DNA from: Escherichia coli
GTDB lineage: Bacteria > Pseudomonadota > Gammaproteobacteria > Enterobacterales > Enterobacteriaceae
Reading direction: 5' to 3' (one strand)
Length of the DNA: 18,875 nt
Assembly (NCBI RefSeq): GCF_003334335.1
Contig: NZ_QOWQ01000056.1
Both the position numbers and the translations under genes were made by a program. Positions 8,943 through 16,102 of the stretch are shown here, piece by piece. The notes beneath the pieces are model-generated. The model saw only the letters and a list, made by a program, of their open reading frames with translations. It did not search any database and was not told where the DNA came from. How positions within the stretch are numbered: the first letter of the stretch is position 1; each line of letters opens with the position of its first letter.

Positions 8943-9170
8943 TTAGCTACCGCCACCAGCAGAAGAACTGGCACTACCACTTCCCACGGTCGAGCCAATT
9001 GCTGTTGTCAAACCGGCAGATACGGCTCCAACTACAACCCCAAGTGGACCACCAGGTATTCCGGCGAGAGCTCCAACAATAGCTGCAGCACCTGCAGCAT
9101 TAGCTGAAGTCGCTGGCGCACCTCCCGCCCCGGAAATATATCTTAACTGTGATTCTGTTATTTCTCGCAT
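8943..9170 (-). CDS. mchB: Microcin H47 precursor (75 aa; 15-aa double-glycine-type leader, Gly/Ala-rich core, Ser-rich C-terminal tail)
   Basis: Translation MREITESQLRYISGAGGAPATSANAAGAAAIVGALAGIPGGPLGVVVGAVSAGLTTAIGSTVGSGSASSSAGGGS matches the microcin H47 precursor as I remember it (length, leader, SASSSAGGGS tail). ATG at 9170. Confidence 0.95.
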   Translation of the reverse strand: MREITESQLRYISGAGGAPATSANAAGAAAIVGALAGIPGGPLGVVVGAVSAGLTTAIGSTVGSGSASSSAGGGS

Positions 9171-9197
9171 ATAAACTGCATATAAACTCCATCATAT

Positions 9198-9407
9198 TTA
9201 ACTTCCGTTTTTCCAGTCTGACCAGACCAGAATCCTTCGAATCCCATGAATCAGCTCAATAAAACCAAGAAATATTATAAAGCTTAGAAAAACGTCAACA
9301 TAAGAATTCCCTTCGCCAACAATCCGAAGGGATGAAAGTGAAACCAATAAGATAGTAATAGGTAAACTGAATATAGCCGTCAATTGGGACAGTTTTTTAT
9401 AACTCAT
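9198..9407 (-). CDS. mchI: Microcin H47 immunity protein (69 aa, membrane peptide)
   Basis: 69-aa hydrophobic peptide (two predicted TM helices) directly upstream of and co-directional with mchB; ATG at 9407. Size and position match MchI. Confidence 0.88.
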   Translation of the reverse strand: MSYKKLSQLTAIFSLPITILLVSLSSLRIVGEGNSYVDVFLSFIIFLGFIELIHGIRRILVWSDWKNGS

Positions 9408-9475
9408 TAATCCCTACCTGTTGCTTTATTTTCATTATGAAAAGTTACCAAATCTTAGCACCTCAGTCAGGAGAG

Positions 9476-9595
9476 TCAGGTCATCGATAAAGAATATTCC
9501 AGTAGAGTGGCGCTCATGATCAAAGATAACAGCAAAGTTGATGACAGTGCTGACCGACTGTCATTTACAGAAACCCTGTTTGTAGCAAATTCCAT
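9476..9595 (-). CDS. mchX: Small 39-aa ORF upstream of mchI (MchX-like regulatory peptide)
   Basis: Not in the track (below 60 aa); found by hand: ATG at 9595 to TGA at 9476-9478, translation MEFATNRVSVNDSRSALSSTLLLSLIMSATLLEYSLSMT (39 aa). Position and length match mchX of the H47 system; I cannot confirm the sequence from memory. Confidence 0.55.
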   Translation of the reverse strand: MEFATNRVSVNDSRSALSSTLLLSLIMSATLLEYSLSMT

Positions 9596-9626
9596 CTTAC
9601 CTGACCTCACCCAGACAAAGACAAAA

Positions 9627-9645
9627 GAGAATGATTGTTATTTAC
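9627..9645. promoter_or_regulatory. Weak Fur-box-like site in the mchX / mchS4 divergent promoter region
   Basis: gagaatgattgttatttac matches the 19-bp Fur consensus at 13/19; it sits about 30-50 bp upstream of the mchX start on the minus strand. Confidence 0.3.
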
Positions 9646-9818
9646 TTTTCAAAAAAAGTGTCATATTGTCCATATAAAGTCAAGAGGTATTTTACGTTAT
9701 GTCACTGATGCAATTGTTAGTCAGGATCTCATGGTTGTCGCTCATGTATAACCTGAGACTTGAACGCACACTAATAGCGCTGACGGTCATACATCGGGAA
9801 ATGTGAGGAGGCATAAGA

Positions 9819-10064
9819 ATGAATTGTGATAATAATCACAGAAATGAAGAATTCATTGTTACCTTTGATAAAGGCAACAAGCAAGACAATTCAAGACGAA
9901 AACACGATAATTTTCCTATAGAGGTAGAATCCTCCGTAGAGCAGGAGACACACTGTATCACAAATAATAAGTCAGCTTCCGGTATAGTAACACATGGCTA
10001 TGATGCCGATTATATTTGTGGTTGTGGTGAAATTATGTGTCCTGGTTGCGGTCATGACCTATAA
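9819..10064 (+). CDS. mchS4: Small 81-aa protein with C-terminal Cys cluster (CxC-x4-CxxC), MchS4-like by position
   Basis: ATG at 9819 with SD gaggagg (9805-9811). C-terminus YICGCGEIMCPGCGHDL. Position between mchX and mchS3 matches the H47 island gene order as I recall it. Confidence 0.55.
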   Translation: MNCDNNHRNEEFIVTFDKGNKQDNSRRKHDNFPIEVESSVEQETHCITNNKSASGIVTHGYDADYICGCGEIMCPGCGHDL

Positions 10065-10084
10065 CAAACATTTTTGCAAACTGA

Positions 10085-10098
10085 TACCTGATCAGGTA
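10085..10098. repeat. Perfect 14-bp palindrome tacctgatcaggta just downstream of mchS4
   Basis: tacctgatcaggta is its own reverse complement; lies 21 bp after the mchS4 stop and about 120 bp upstream of mchS3. No loop, so it looks more like a protein-binding site than a terminator. Confidence 0.3.
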
Positions 10099-10219
10099 CA
10101 AGCCTGTTGATTATTATGCTGAATATTTCATGTTATAAAACCATCGATATAAACATTAACAAGAAAAAACATATATTGTTTATCTGAACATTTATCGATG
10201 GAAAACCAAAGGGGAAAGT

Positions 10220-10654
10220 ATGTATCTTACGAAAAAGATTATAATAAGTATGATGTTTATATTACCATCTGCTGCATTTTCATCAGATCCACCTCCCCTT
10301 CAACAATCGTTAGAAAAAACAACCTATTTTTCTATAGGTATGAATGGGTTTATAGGCTATCAGAGCGAAGGGGAAAAATTATACACACACATTCTTACAT
10401 TAGATAATCCCGAAGAGATATTTAAAAATATAATAGAAAATAGAAAGTCAACTAAGGAGTCTAAAATTTATGCTGCTTGTGGGCTATATTATTTAAACGT
10501 AGAAAATATAGAGTCATTGTTTAATGAAAATGATAAACAAGAATATATGTCTGTCTTAAGAGGGGATATTTTAACAAAAATAAAACTGAATGATATTCTG
10601 AATTCTGTGATAATAAATGGTTGCAACACCAAATTAATATCTGAACATAAATGA
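10220..10654 (+). CDS. mchS3: Putative immunity protein for the downstream microcin (144 aa, N-terminal signal/anchor), MchS3-like
   Basis: ATG at 10220 with SD aaagggga upstream; N-terminal hydrophobic segment KKIIISMMFILPSAAFSS; ends 16 bp before the microcin precursor gene, the classic immunity-then-toxin arrangement. Confidence 0.65.
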   Translation: MYLTKKIIISMMFILPSAAFSSDPPPLQQSLEKTTYFSIGMNGFIGYQSEGEKLYTHILTLDNPEEIFKNIIENRKSTKESKIYAACGLYYLNVENIESLFNENDKQEYMSVLRGDILTKIKLNDILNSVIINGCNTKLISEHK

Positions 10655-10670
10655 GCAGGAGGTTTTTAAA

Positions 10671-10907
10671 ATGAGAGAAATATCAGATCACATGCTTGAT
10701 TTCGTGAAAGGAGGGATGAATCTTAATGGATTACCTAGTTCTACTAATGTAATAGATCTACGAGGAAAAGATATGGGAACATATATTGATGCTAATGGAA
10801 CATGCTGGGCTCCGGGTACTCCATCCATCATCATGTATCCGGGGGGAAGTGGACCTTCTTATAGTATGAGTAGTTCCACATCCAGCGTAAACAGCGGCAC
10901 ATCATAA
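10671..10907 (+). CDS. mchS2: Second siderophore-microcin-type precursor (78 aa; leader MREISDHMLDFVKGG, Ser-rich tail), microcin I47-like
   Basis: ATG at 10671 with SD aggagg (10657-10662). 15-aa leader ending GG, 63-aa core with one Cys, C-terminal SMSSSTSSVNSGTS. Position next to mchS3 and mchS1 matches the H47 island. Confidence 0.8.
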   Translation: MREISDHMLDFVKGGMNLNGLPSSTNVIDLRGKDMGTYIDANGTCWAPGTPSIIMYPGGSGPSYSMSSSTSSVNSGTS

Positions 10908-10940
10908 ATACCCTCCGGCATGGCCGGAGGGTATTTATGA
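10902..10940 (+). terminator. Rho-independent terminator-like hairpin at the end of mchS2
   Basis: 18-nt arms tcataaataccctccggc / gccggagggtatttatga around a 3-nt loop (atg), with a GC-rich core ccctccggc/gccggaggg; overlaps the mchS2 stop codon. Confidence 0.5.
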
Positions 10941-11191
10941 TGTGCCTGTAAGACTCTACTTCTGTCGTCTCTTAACAAAGGCATATGATCTGTCATTTTG
11001 TACCAGACATCTTAACGAGAGCCTTTTCATATATTACTTACACACGTGAAATCTACAGTATAAAGCAAAAATTTTATTAAACCTGTTTTATATTTATCAT
11101 CAATACAACAGATTTAATTCCGGAAAGTCACTCATCATCCCTTGAATGAACGTCATTTGATGTATTATTCTTACACTTGGATTAATTTAAG

Positions 11192-12466
11192 ATGATACCT
11201 ATGAAAAACTATCTTTTCCAGACTCCCGAAGATATTTGTGTACAGTTAAAAAAAATGACACATCCTGTCACAATAAGAACAACAGATATTGCTAATTTCT
11301 GGCACTATCTTGAGTCAGCAACACTTCCAGTGATCACAAAAAGCACCACTACAGAAAATCGGGAGGTTACATTTCTGTGGCGCTCAGAGAAAGCACTGCA
11401 AGGCGTATATCTTCGCCTGAATCGTGTTACAGATAAAAAAGACGTCAAAAAAGGACTAATGACTCATATCCCTTCGACAGATATCTGGATGCTGACACTG
11501 GTGTTACCAGCTTCATATCGGGGCTCATACTCATTTATAGAAATTCCCACAGATATGACACAAAAAGACATATTTCAACTAGGAAGTCGCTTCTCTCCAT
11601 TACCCGGTAAATCTGATCCATTTAACAAAACAGCAGAAATAAATATACGAGGATTCGGAGAATCAGTCCTTTCTCTTGATATGGCTCCTGAACAAAAGGA
11701 ATGGGATGATACTTCCCATAAATGTACAGGTATTCTTTCAACATTACATTCCTTTGTTGCAGGATATCAACGCCGGATTCGTTTATATTTCCCCCTGAAT
11801 CCAACATCAGTACCTCTTGGATTACTTGTGTTACCTGATGCTGAAACATGGTTTGACCGGATAGATATTACCCGGGCATTAGATATGGCCATCACCACTG
11901 GTCGTATCACGCCAATGGCAATTATGGGGATAGACAATATTAATGAATCTGATCGTATGAATATACTGGGAGGCAATAAAGAACTCATCTTTGATATAGC
12001 GGAAAATCTGATACCCCAGTTATACAGAGACTATCCGGATATCGTATGGGCTGGTCGCTCTAATACTGTACTGGCCGGGCAGAGCCTCGGTGGAGTGACA
12101 GCACTGATGGCAGCTATATATGCGTCGACAACATTTGGTACAATCATTAGTCACTCACCTTCAATGTGGTGGAACCCTGACCAGGGCAGCCCGATCTTGT
12201 TTACTGAGAATAATACCTCCTGGGTAAGTGAGCAGATACTTTCAGCGCCTCCGAAAGATGTAAATATCCGACTTGGAGTCGGTTCTTTAGAAGGTACAAC
12301 CGTCTCACATGTTCAGCGATTGCATCATTCGTTAATCGCAGCTGGTTTGGAAAGTAACCTCACTGTCTATACCGGTGGTCACGATTATGCTTGGTGGCGC
12401 GGAGCAATTATTGATGAATTAGCAAATTATAATTGCAGGAAGGTATCAAATAATAACTCTGTGTAA
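11192..12466 (+). CDS. mchS1: IroD-like enterobactin/salmochelin esterase (alpha/beta hydrolase), 424 aa
   Basis: Serine-hydrolase nucleophile motif GQSLGG (AGQSLGGVTALMAA); size close to IroD/Fes-type esterases; convergent with and adjacent to the IroB-like glycosyltransferase. Alternative ATG at 11201. Confidence 0.8.
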   Translation: MIPMKNYLFQTPEDICVQLKKMTHPVTIRTTDIANFWHYLESATLPVITKSTTTENREVTFLWRSEKALQGVYLRLNRVTDKKDVKKGLMTHIPSTDIWMLTLVLPASYRGSYSFIEIPTDMTQKDIFQLGSRFSPLPGKSDPFNKTAEINIRGFGESVLSLDMAPEQKEWDDTSHKCTGILSTLHSFVAGYQRRIRLYFPLNPTSVPLGLLVLPDAETWFDRIDITRALDMAITTGRITPMAIMGIDNINESDRMNILGGNKELIFDIAENLIPQLYRDYPDIVWAGRSNTVLAGQSLGGVTALMAAIYASTTFGTIISHSPSMWWNPDQGSPILFTENNTSWVSEQILSAPPKDVNIRLGVGSLEGTTVSHVQRLHHSLIAAGLESNLTVYTGGHDYAWWRGAIIDELANYNCRKVSNNNSV

Positions 12467-12535
12467 AATATCGTTTTATCGTCCGATAACTCTTTCTGCA
12501 ATATTATTATGGGAGACTGTCTCATTTATTTAGTG

Positions 12536-12564
12536 ATGTCCTTCATTTATGTGATGAAGGACAT
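12536..12564. terminator. Candidate bidirectional terminator hairpin between convergent mchS1 and mchA
   Basis: atgtccttcat (12536-12546) and atgaaggacat (12554-12564) form an 11-bp stem with a 7-nt loop, flanked by T/A-rich runs on both sides. Confidence 0.45.
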
Positions 12565-12607
12565 TATATTACTCATAACATTTCTCGTTGAAAATTTCAG
12601 CAATACG

Positions 12608-13732
12608 CTACAATTGTTTCCCGTTGTTTTTTAATTTTCTCATCAAAACCTCTGCGATCTCTGCAGGAGTGGGTTGTTCAGCCATTTCAGCGGCTACCTG
12701 ATCTGAACAGAAGCGTAGTGAATCATCATAAAGCAGGCGATTTACCAAATCACTGGTCAGTCCATGCTTGTCCGGAATAATCCCACACCCACGCTTCGCA
12801 ACAATTTCTGCATTAACAGAGCGATCTGCACCTTCTCCAAACACAATCTGTGGTATTCCACTATACAGCGCTGTCAGGGTATTACCTGCGCCACCGTGAT
12901 GAATAAATCCATCAGCTCCATTAAGGAATACACCCATAGGTATCCAGTCAACCAGACGTACATTTGATGGTAGTTTTCGTAATCCAGTACGAGCATTTAT
13001 TGCAAGTTGCAAAATGATATCAGCATCAACTTCATTTGCTGAATCCATAACCCATGAAATCAGCTCCAGACCATCAACCATTGGTTTTACAGTGCCAAGG
13101 CTGATGAGTAAACGTTTCCGATCAGAATCCCTGTCCCACCATGTTTCCTTTACAGCACCTCCGTTATAAGGAATATATCGCATTGAGATAATCGGTTCTT
13201 CAGCATTTTTAAGAATGCTCATACTTGGGGGAGCAACATCAATCCATGCTAAATCACATAGTGGACCGCTGACTCCATGCCGCCTGTAAGCATTGCTTAA
13301 AGAACGGTTTAACATCTGAATATGGGCAGATGTATGCGCGAATCCAACAGCCAGCATCACTGAAGGAATTCTATATTTAGCAGCAACCAATGGGCCTGCC
13401 GGACCAAGCGGGGGATAGACTATTAAATCTGGCCTCCATTTTCCTGCAAAATCGATGAGGTTATCTGCCATTTCATCGCTAAAAAAAGAGAAATGACCAA
13501 TAATATTACTTTTTTTCCTCAACTCTTCCTGATGGCGATATCCAGCCTCTGAATCTAAACTTGGAGCTGCATCAAAAACAACCAGTCCAGCTTCTGCTGC
13601 TTTATTCGCGAATTTGCCAGCGCTACTAATTACTACATCATGTCCGATTACACGAAAGGCCTGAGCCAGAGAAATCAATGGGTATAACAAACCGTACAGC
13701 GGAGGGCCAATAAAAAGAATACGTTTTCGCAT
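12608..13732 (-). CDS. mchA: IroB-like C-glycosyltransferase (GT1/MGT family) for enterobactin glucosylation, 374 aa
   Basis: ATG at 13732 (MRKRILFIGPPLYGLLYPLISLA, the IroB-like N-terminus); UDP-sugar-binding signature region FIHHGGAGNTLTAL; length close to IroB. Confidence 0.88.
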   Translation of the reverse strand: MRKRILFIGPPLYGLLYPLISLAQAFRVIGHDVVISSAGKFANKAAEAGLVVFDAAPSLDSEAGYRHQEELRKKSNIIGHFSFFSDEMADNLIDFAGKWRPDLIVYPPLGPAGPLVAAKYRIPSVMLAVGFAHTSAHIQMLNRSLSNAYRRHGVSGPLCDLAWIDVAPPSMSILKNAEEPIISMRYIPYNGGAVKETWWDRDSDRKRLLISLGTVKPMVDGLELISWVMDSANEVDADIILQLAINARTGLRKLPSNVRLVDWIPMGVFLNGADGFIHHGGAGNTLTALYSGIPQIVFGEGADRSVNAEIVAKRGCGIIPDKHGLTSDLVNRLLYDDSLRFCSDQVAAEMAEQPTPAEIAEVLMRKLKNNGKQL

Positions 13733-14072
13733 TAAAAAAGTCCGTCTTCTGCTTACCTGTTTATTTTTCTATCGCTAAGAAAACATAATTAATATTATTT
13801 TTATGTGAGCTTATGCACAAAAATAACAAAGTATCTTATCTTCTGGTAGAGATACAGGATACAGTTTGTAGGAGCTTTCTTTTTTTGAACAATGATTTGC
13901 AGGACAGTTATGCCAACCTAGCAGAATCAGTATCACAACAATAAATGACAGATCATACCTGAAATTTGAATTAACAGGCATCATGAATGTCAATAGTCTA
14001 AGCGGTTACTACTTACATCGCTTGCATAAATACTAAACACTGACTAGAAAAGTATTGGATAACCCCGTCACT

Positions 14073-14105
14073 AAAAGTAACACTTCGGTTATTTGCTCGG
14101 AATGT
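14073..14105. repeat. Right copy of the imperfect direct repeat bracketing the microcin island
   Basis: See the 398-430 entry; the core at 14083-14105 is 21/23 identical to 408-430. It lies in the 675-bp non-coding gap between mchA and the alpA-like gene. Confidence 0.45.
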
Positions 14106-14407
14106 ATCAACGCCAAGATTGTTAGCCGTTACGCCTTATATCACTGGCGCTGACAAATGTTTCTTTTCTAATTTACTGAACCGGCGCAGACTTACAGAAA
14201 AACACTCCGGCACCGGTGTAATGCCAGTTATAATCAATAAGAATAGAATGACGAATCAGTCAGGAATAGCTATAACCTGCAGGCTGACTGGAGAATGTCT
14301 GTAAGAAGATGAACGTAAATGTCGCCAGTACCAGGGGCAGGGCCGGGTTCCACAATACCAGCGCCGGCATTTTGCACATTGCCAGCGTACCGGCATCACA
14401 ACACGTT

Positions 14408-14644
14408 TCATGCAGCTGCTCCTCGTGATTCCTCAATTCGCTGCTGCATCCACTGCTCCACTTCACTTTTGTACCAGCGGCTGCTGCGACCCAGTTTTAT
14501 GGGTTTAGGAAAATGACCTTCACTGATCAGCTTGTAAAACCATTTATCGGTCATACCGGTGAAACTGGTGATGTAGTTCATGTCGATCAGGGGATCGTCG
14601 GCACGCAGCAATACACTGTCGTGGCCTGTTATTGAGGTCAACAT
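14408..14644 (-). CDS. alpA: AlpA-family phage/island transcriptional regulator (excisionase-like DNA-binding protein)
   Basis: MTDKWFYKLISEGHFPKPIKLGRSSRWYKSEVEQWMQQR fits the AlpA-type helix-turn-helix pattern. ATG at 14644 with GAGGA upstream; alternative internal ATG at 14581 would give 57 aa. Confidence 0.75.
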   Translation of the reverse strand: MLTSITGHDSVLLRADDPLIDMNYITSFTGMTDKWFYKLISEGHFPKPIKLGRSSRWYKSEVEQWMQQRIEESRGAAA

Positions 14645-14712
14645 AGTCAGGATGTCCTCTGTGAGATTTATGGAGGTTGGGCAAATGCTGGTGAATCTGC
14701 TGAACTGAGCTT

Positions 14713-15288
14713 TCAGAACAGTCCTGCAGATCCGGGATAGCCGGGATTACCGGCGAGGCAACGGGCTTCCGGATCGCACACACCACGACGATCGCGGGCG
14801 AAATCACTGAACGCCCAGATCAAGTCTTTGAGGATGTCTTCGCAGTCCGGTGAACGACTGTCCAGCACCACATCCCGGGTGATCTGCTTCTGGTACGGTG
14901 CTGCTTCACCCGGTGATGCGAAGCCCAGTACGTTGCTCCAGGCATCCAGAATCAGCCGATCCAGTTCAGGGCCGTCGAAATACTCTTGTCTGACGCATAA
15001 CACCACGTGGTATTCCGGCTTTTCCGGATGACGGGTCAGGAGCCAGCAAAGGTCGCGTCCGGGTTTCGCATTCATCAGCGCACTGACGGTTTCGATAAAA
15101 TCCATACCAAACCAGGTCTGTCTGCTGTTGAAGGCGTTGTCATGTTCCCACGGCAGACGAAGCAGGATCCGCCGTATCCGTGAGCCGGACTGCTCACGCA
15201 GCGCACGCTCAAGGACGCCGATGACTTTGTTCTGATAAGATGGCCAGAAGGGTGCCAGGCTATAGTCGAAATAAGGAATAGCATTCAT
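14713..15288 (-). CDS. Inovirus Gp2-family (YagK/YfjJ-like) protein, about 191 aa
   Basis: The track ORF starts at TTG (15318); first ATG at 15288 (MNAIPYFDYSLAPFW...). Contains a YHVVLCV segment and shares overall pattern with the upstream paralog. This family is typical of P4-like islands next to alpA. Confidence 0.6.
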   Translation of the reverse strand: MNAIPYFDYSLAPFWPSYQNKVIGVLERALREQSGSRIRRILLRLPWEHDNAFNSRQTWFGMDFIETVSALMNAKPGRDLCWLLTRHPEKPEYHVVLCVRQEYFDGPELDRLILDAWSNVLGFASPGEAAPYQKQITRDVVLDSRSPDCEDILKDLIWAFSDFARDRRGVCDPEARCLAGNPGYPGSAGLF

Positions 15289-15535
15289 AAGATATGTTCC
15301 GTTATGCGCAGCCCACAATGCGTCCTGCCCGTGAATGAGCTGACGTGTTATGGCTTGCGGAATGAGATTGATGGAATAAGTGAAGAACCGAAGCAGAACG
15401 GGAAGACAAGGAACAAAACACCGGATGCAGGTTCAGGATGAATGATCTCCGTTGACTTCAGTTCACATCATTAATCAAGGCGGTAAGTTTTTACCGACGG
15501 AGTGTTTCCAGGAGCGAAGGCTCAGGCCTTAAGCT

Positions 15536-16102
15536 TCAGAAGTGAGGCTTACGAGGACGCCCTGCAGCAGGACGTTCAGGAACTTCATTGCAGCCGTAGG
15601 CACACAACCCGTCTTTTTGCTCTTCTTTCGCCAGATAATGCAGAGCACCGCGAATATTATCGATGCTTTCAGGCTCGTTATGACGCACAGGAATGTTGAT
15701 GTTGTATGTATAATGCGGCTGATATGTACAGCAGTGTGCCGAACCGCTGTTATGCGTAATAGACCGCCAGCATTCCGTAATCCGCTCCGCAAAGGGATAT
15801 ATTTTTTTAACCCTCTGACGATCGATCCAGAAAACCACATGCGCATGAAAACCATGATCAACCGTCCATTCAATCACCCAGAAGAAGCCAACCATATTTT
15901 CAAATTGTTCAACCTGCTCCAGCAGCATACGCAACTGCAATTCAAGCCAGCGATGATCAGGTTGTAAGAAATCGGGCGTATCTTTCCTGTAGAAGAAATC
16001 CATCCGTAAGGCCCGCAGGCAGGAATAGCGTGCCATCATTTGATTGATGTGATTGTCAAGTAAAGCGGTAAAAAACCAGTTTGGTGTGTAAGATTTAGGC
16101 AT
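15536..16102 (-). CDS. Inovirus Gp2-family (YagK/YfjJ-like) protein with HUH-like motif (FHAHVVFW), 188 aa
   Basis: ATG at 16102 with AGGAG 8-12 nt upstream. HAHVVF resembles the HUH motif of rolling-circle initiators from which this family derives. Tandem with the 14713-15288 paralog. Confidence 0.65.
   Translation of the reverse strand: MPKSYTPNWFFTALLDNHINQMMARYSCLRALRMDFFYRKDTPDFLQPDHRWLELQLRMLLEQVEQFENMVGFFWVIEWTVDHGFHAHVVFWIDRQRVKKIYPFAERITECWRSITHNSGSAHCCTYQPHYTYNINIPVRHNEPESIDNIRGALHYLAKEEQKDGLCAYGCNEVPERPAAGRPRKPHF

Noticed and set aside
8858-9082. 74-aa plus-strand ORF
   Set aside because: Antisense overlap with mchB; the translation is a low-complexity mirror of the Gly/Ala-rich microcin gene.
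9699-9806. 35-codon plus-strand ORF upstream of mchS4
   Set aside because: Not reported as a feature: no RBS and no recognisable product; mentioned only as a possible upstream ORF in the findings.
10198-10407. 69-aa plus-strand ORF overlapping mchS3
   Set aside because: Alternative frame of the mchS3 start region; mchS3 has the SD and a signal-peptide-like N-terminus.
11622-11988. Minus-strand ORFs 11622-11849 and 11767-11988
   Set aside because: Antisense within the esterase gene mchS1.
12764-12967. 67-aa plus-strand ORF
   Set aside because: Antisense within mchA.
13811-13993. 60-aa minus-strand ORF between mchA and the right direct repeat
   Set aside because: AT-rich intergenic region, minimal length, no RBS or motif; more likely part of the mchA promoter/UTR.
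14119-15284. ORFs 14119-14304, 14260-14466, 14319-14516, 14544-14807, 14828-15031 and 15075-15284
   Set aside because: Overlapping alternative-frame or antisense ORFs in the GC-richer backbone; the AlpA and Gp2-like frames carry the recognisable family features.
15502-15967. ORFs 15502-15699, 15529-15873 and 15542-15967
   Set aside because: Overlap the 15536-16102 Gp2-family gene in other frames or antisense; that gene has the ATG, SD and HUH-like motif.
14713-16102. Possibility that the two Gp2-family ORFs are one frameshifted pseudogene
   Set aside because: Each has its own plausible ATG and the two products look like paralogs of similar length rather than N- and C-terminal halves; a 218-bp gap separates them. 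Kept as two genes, but not excluded.
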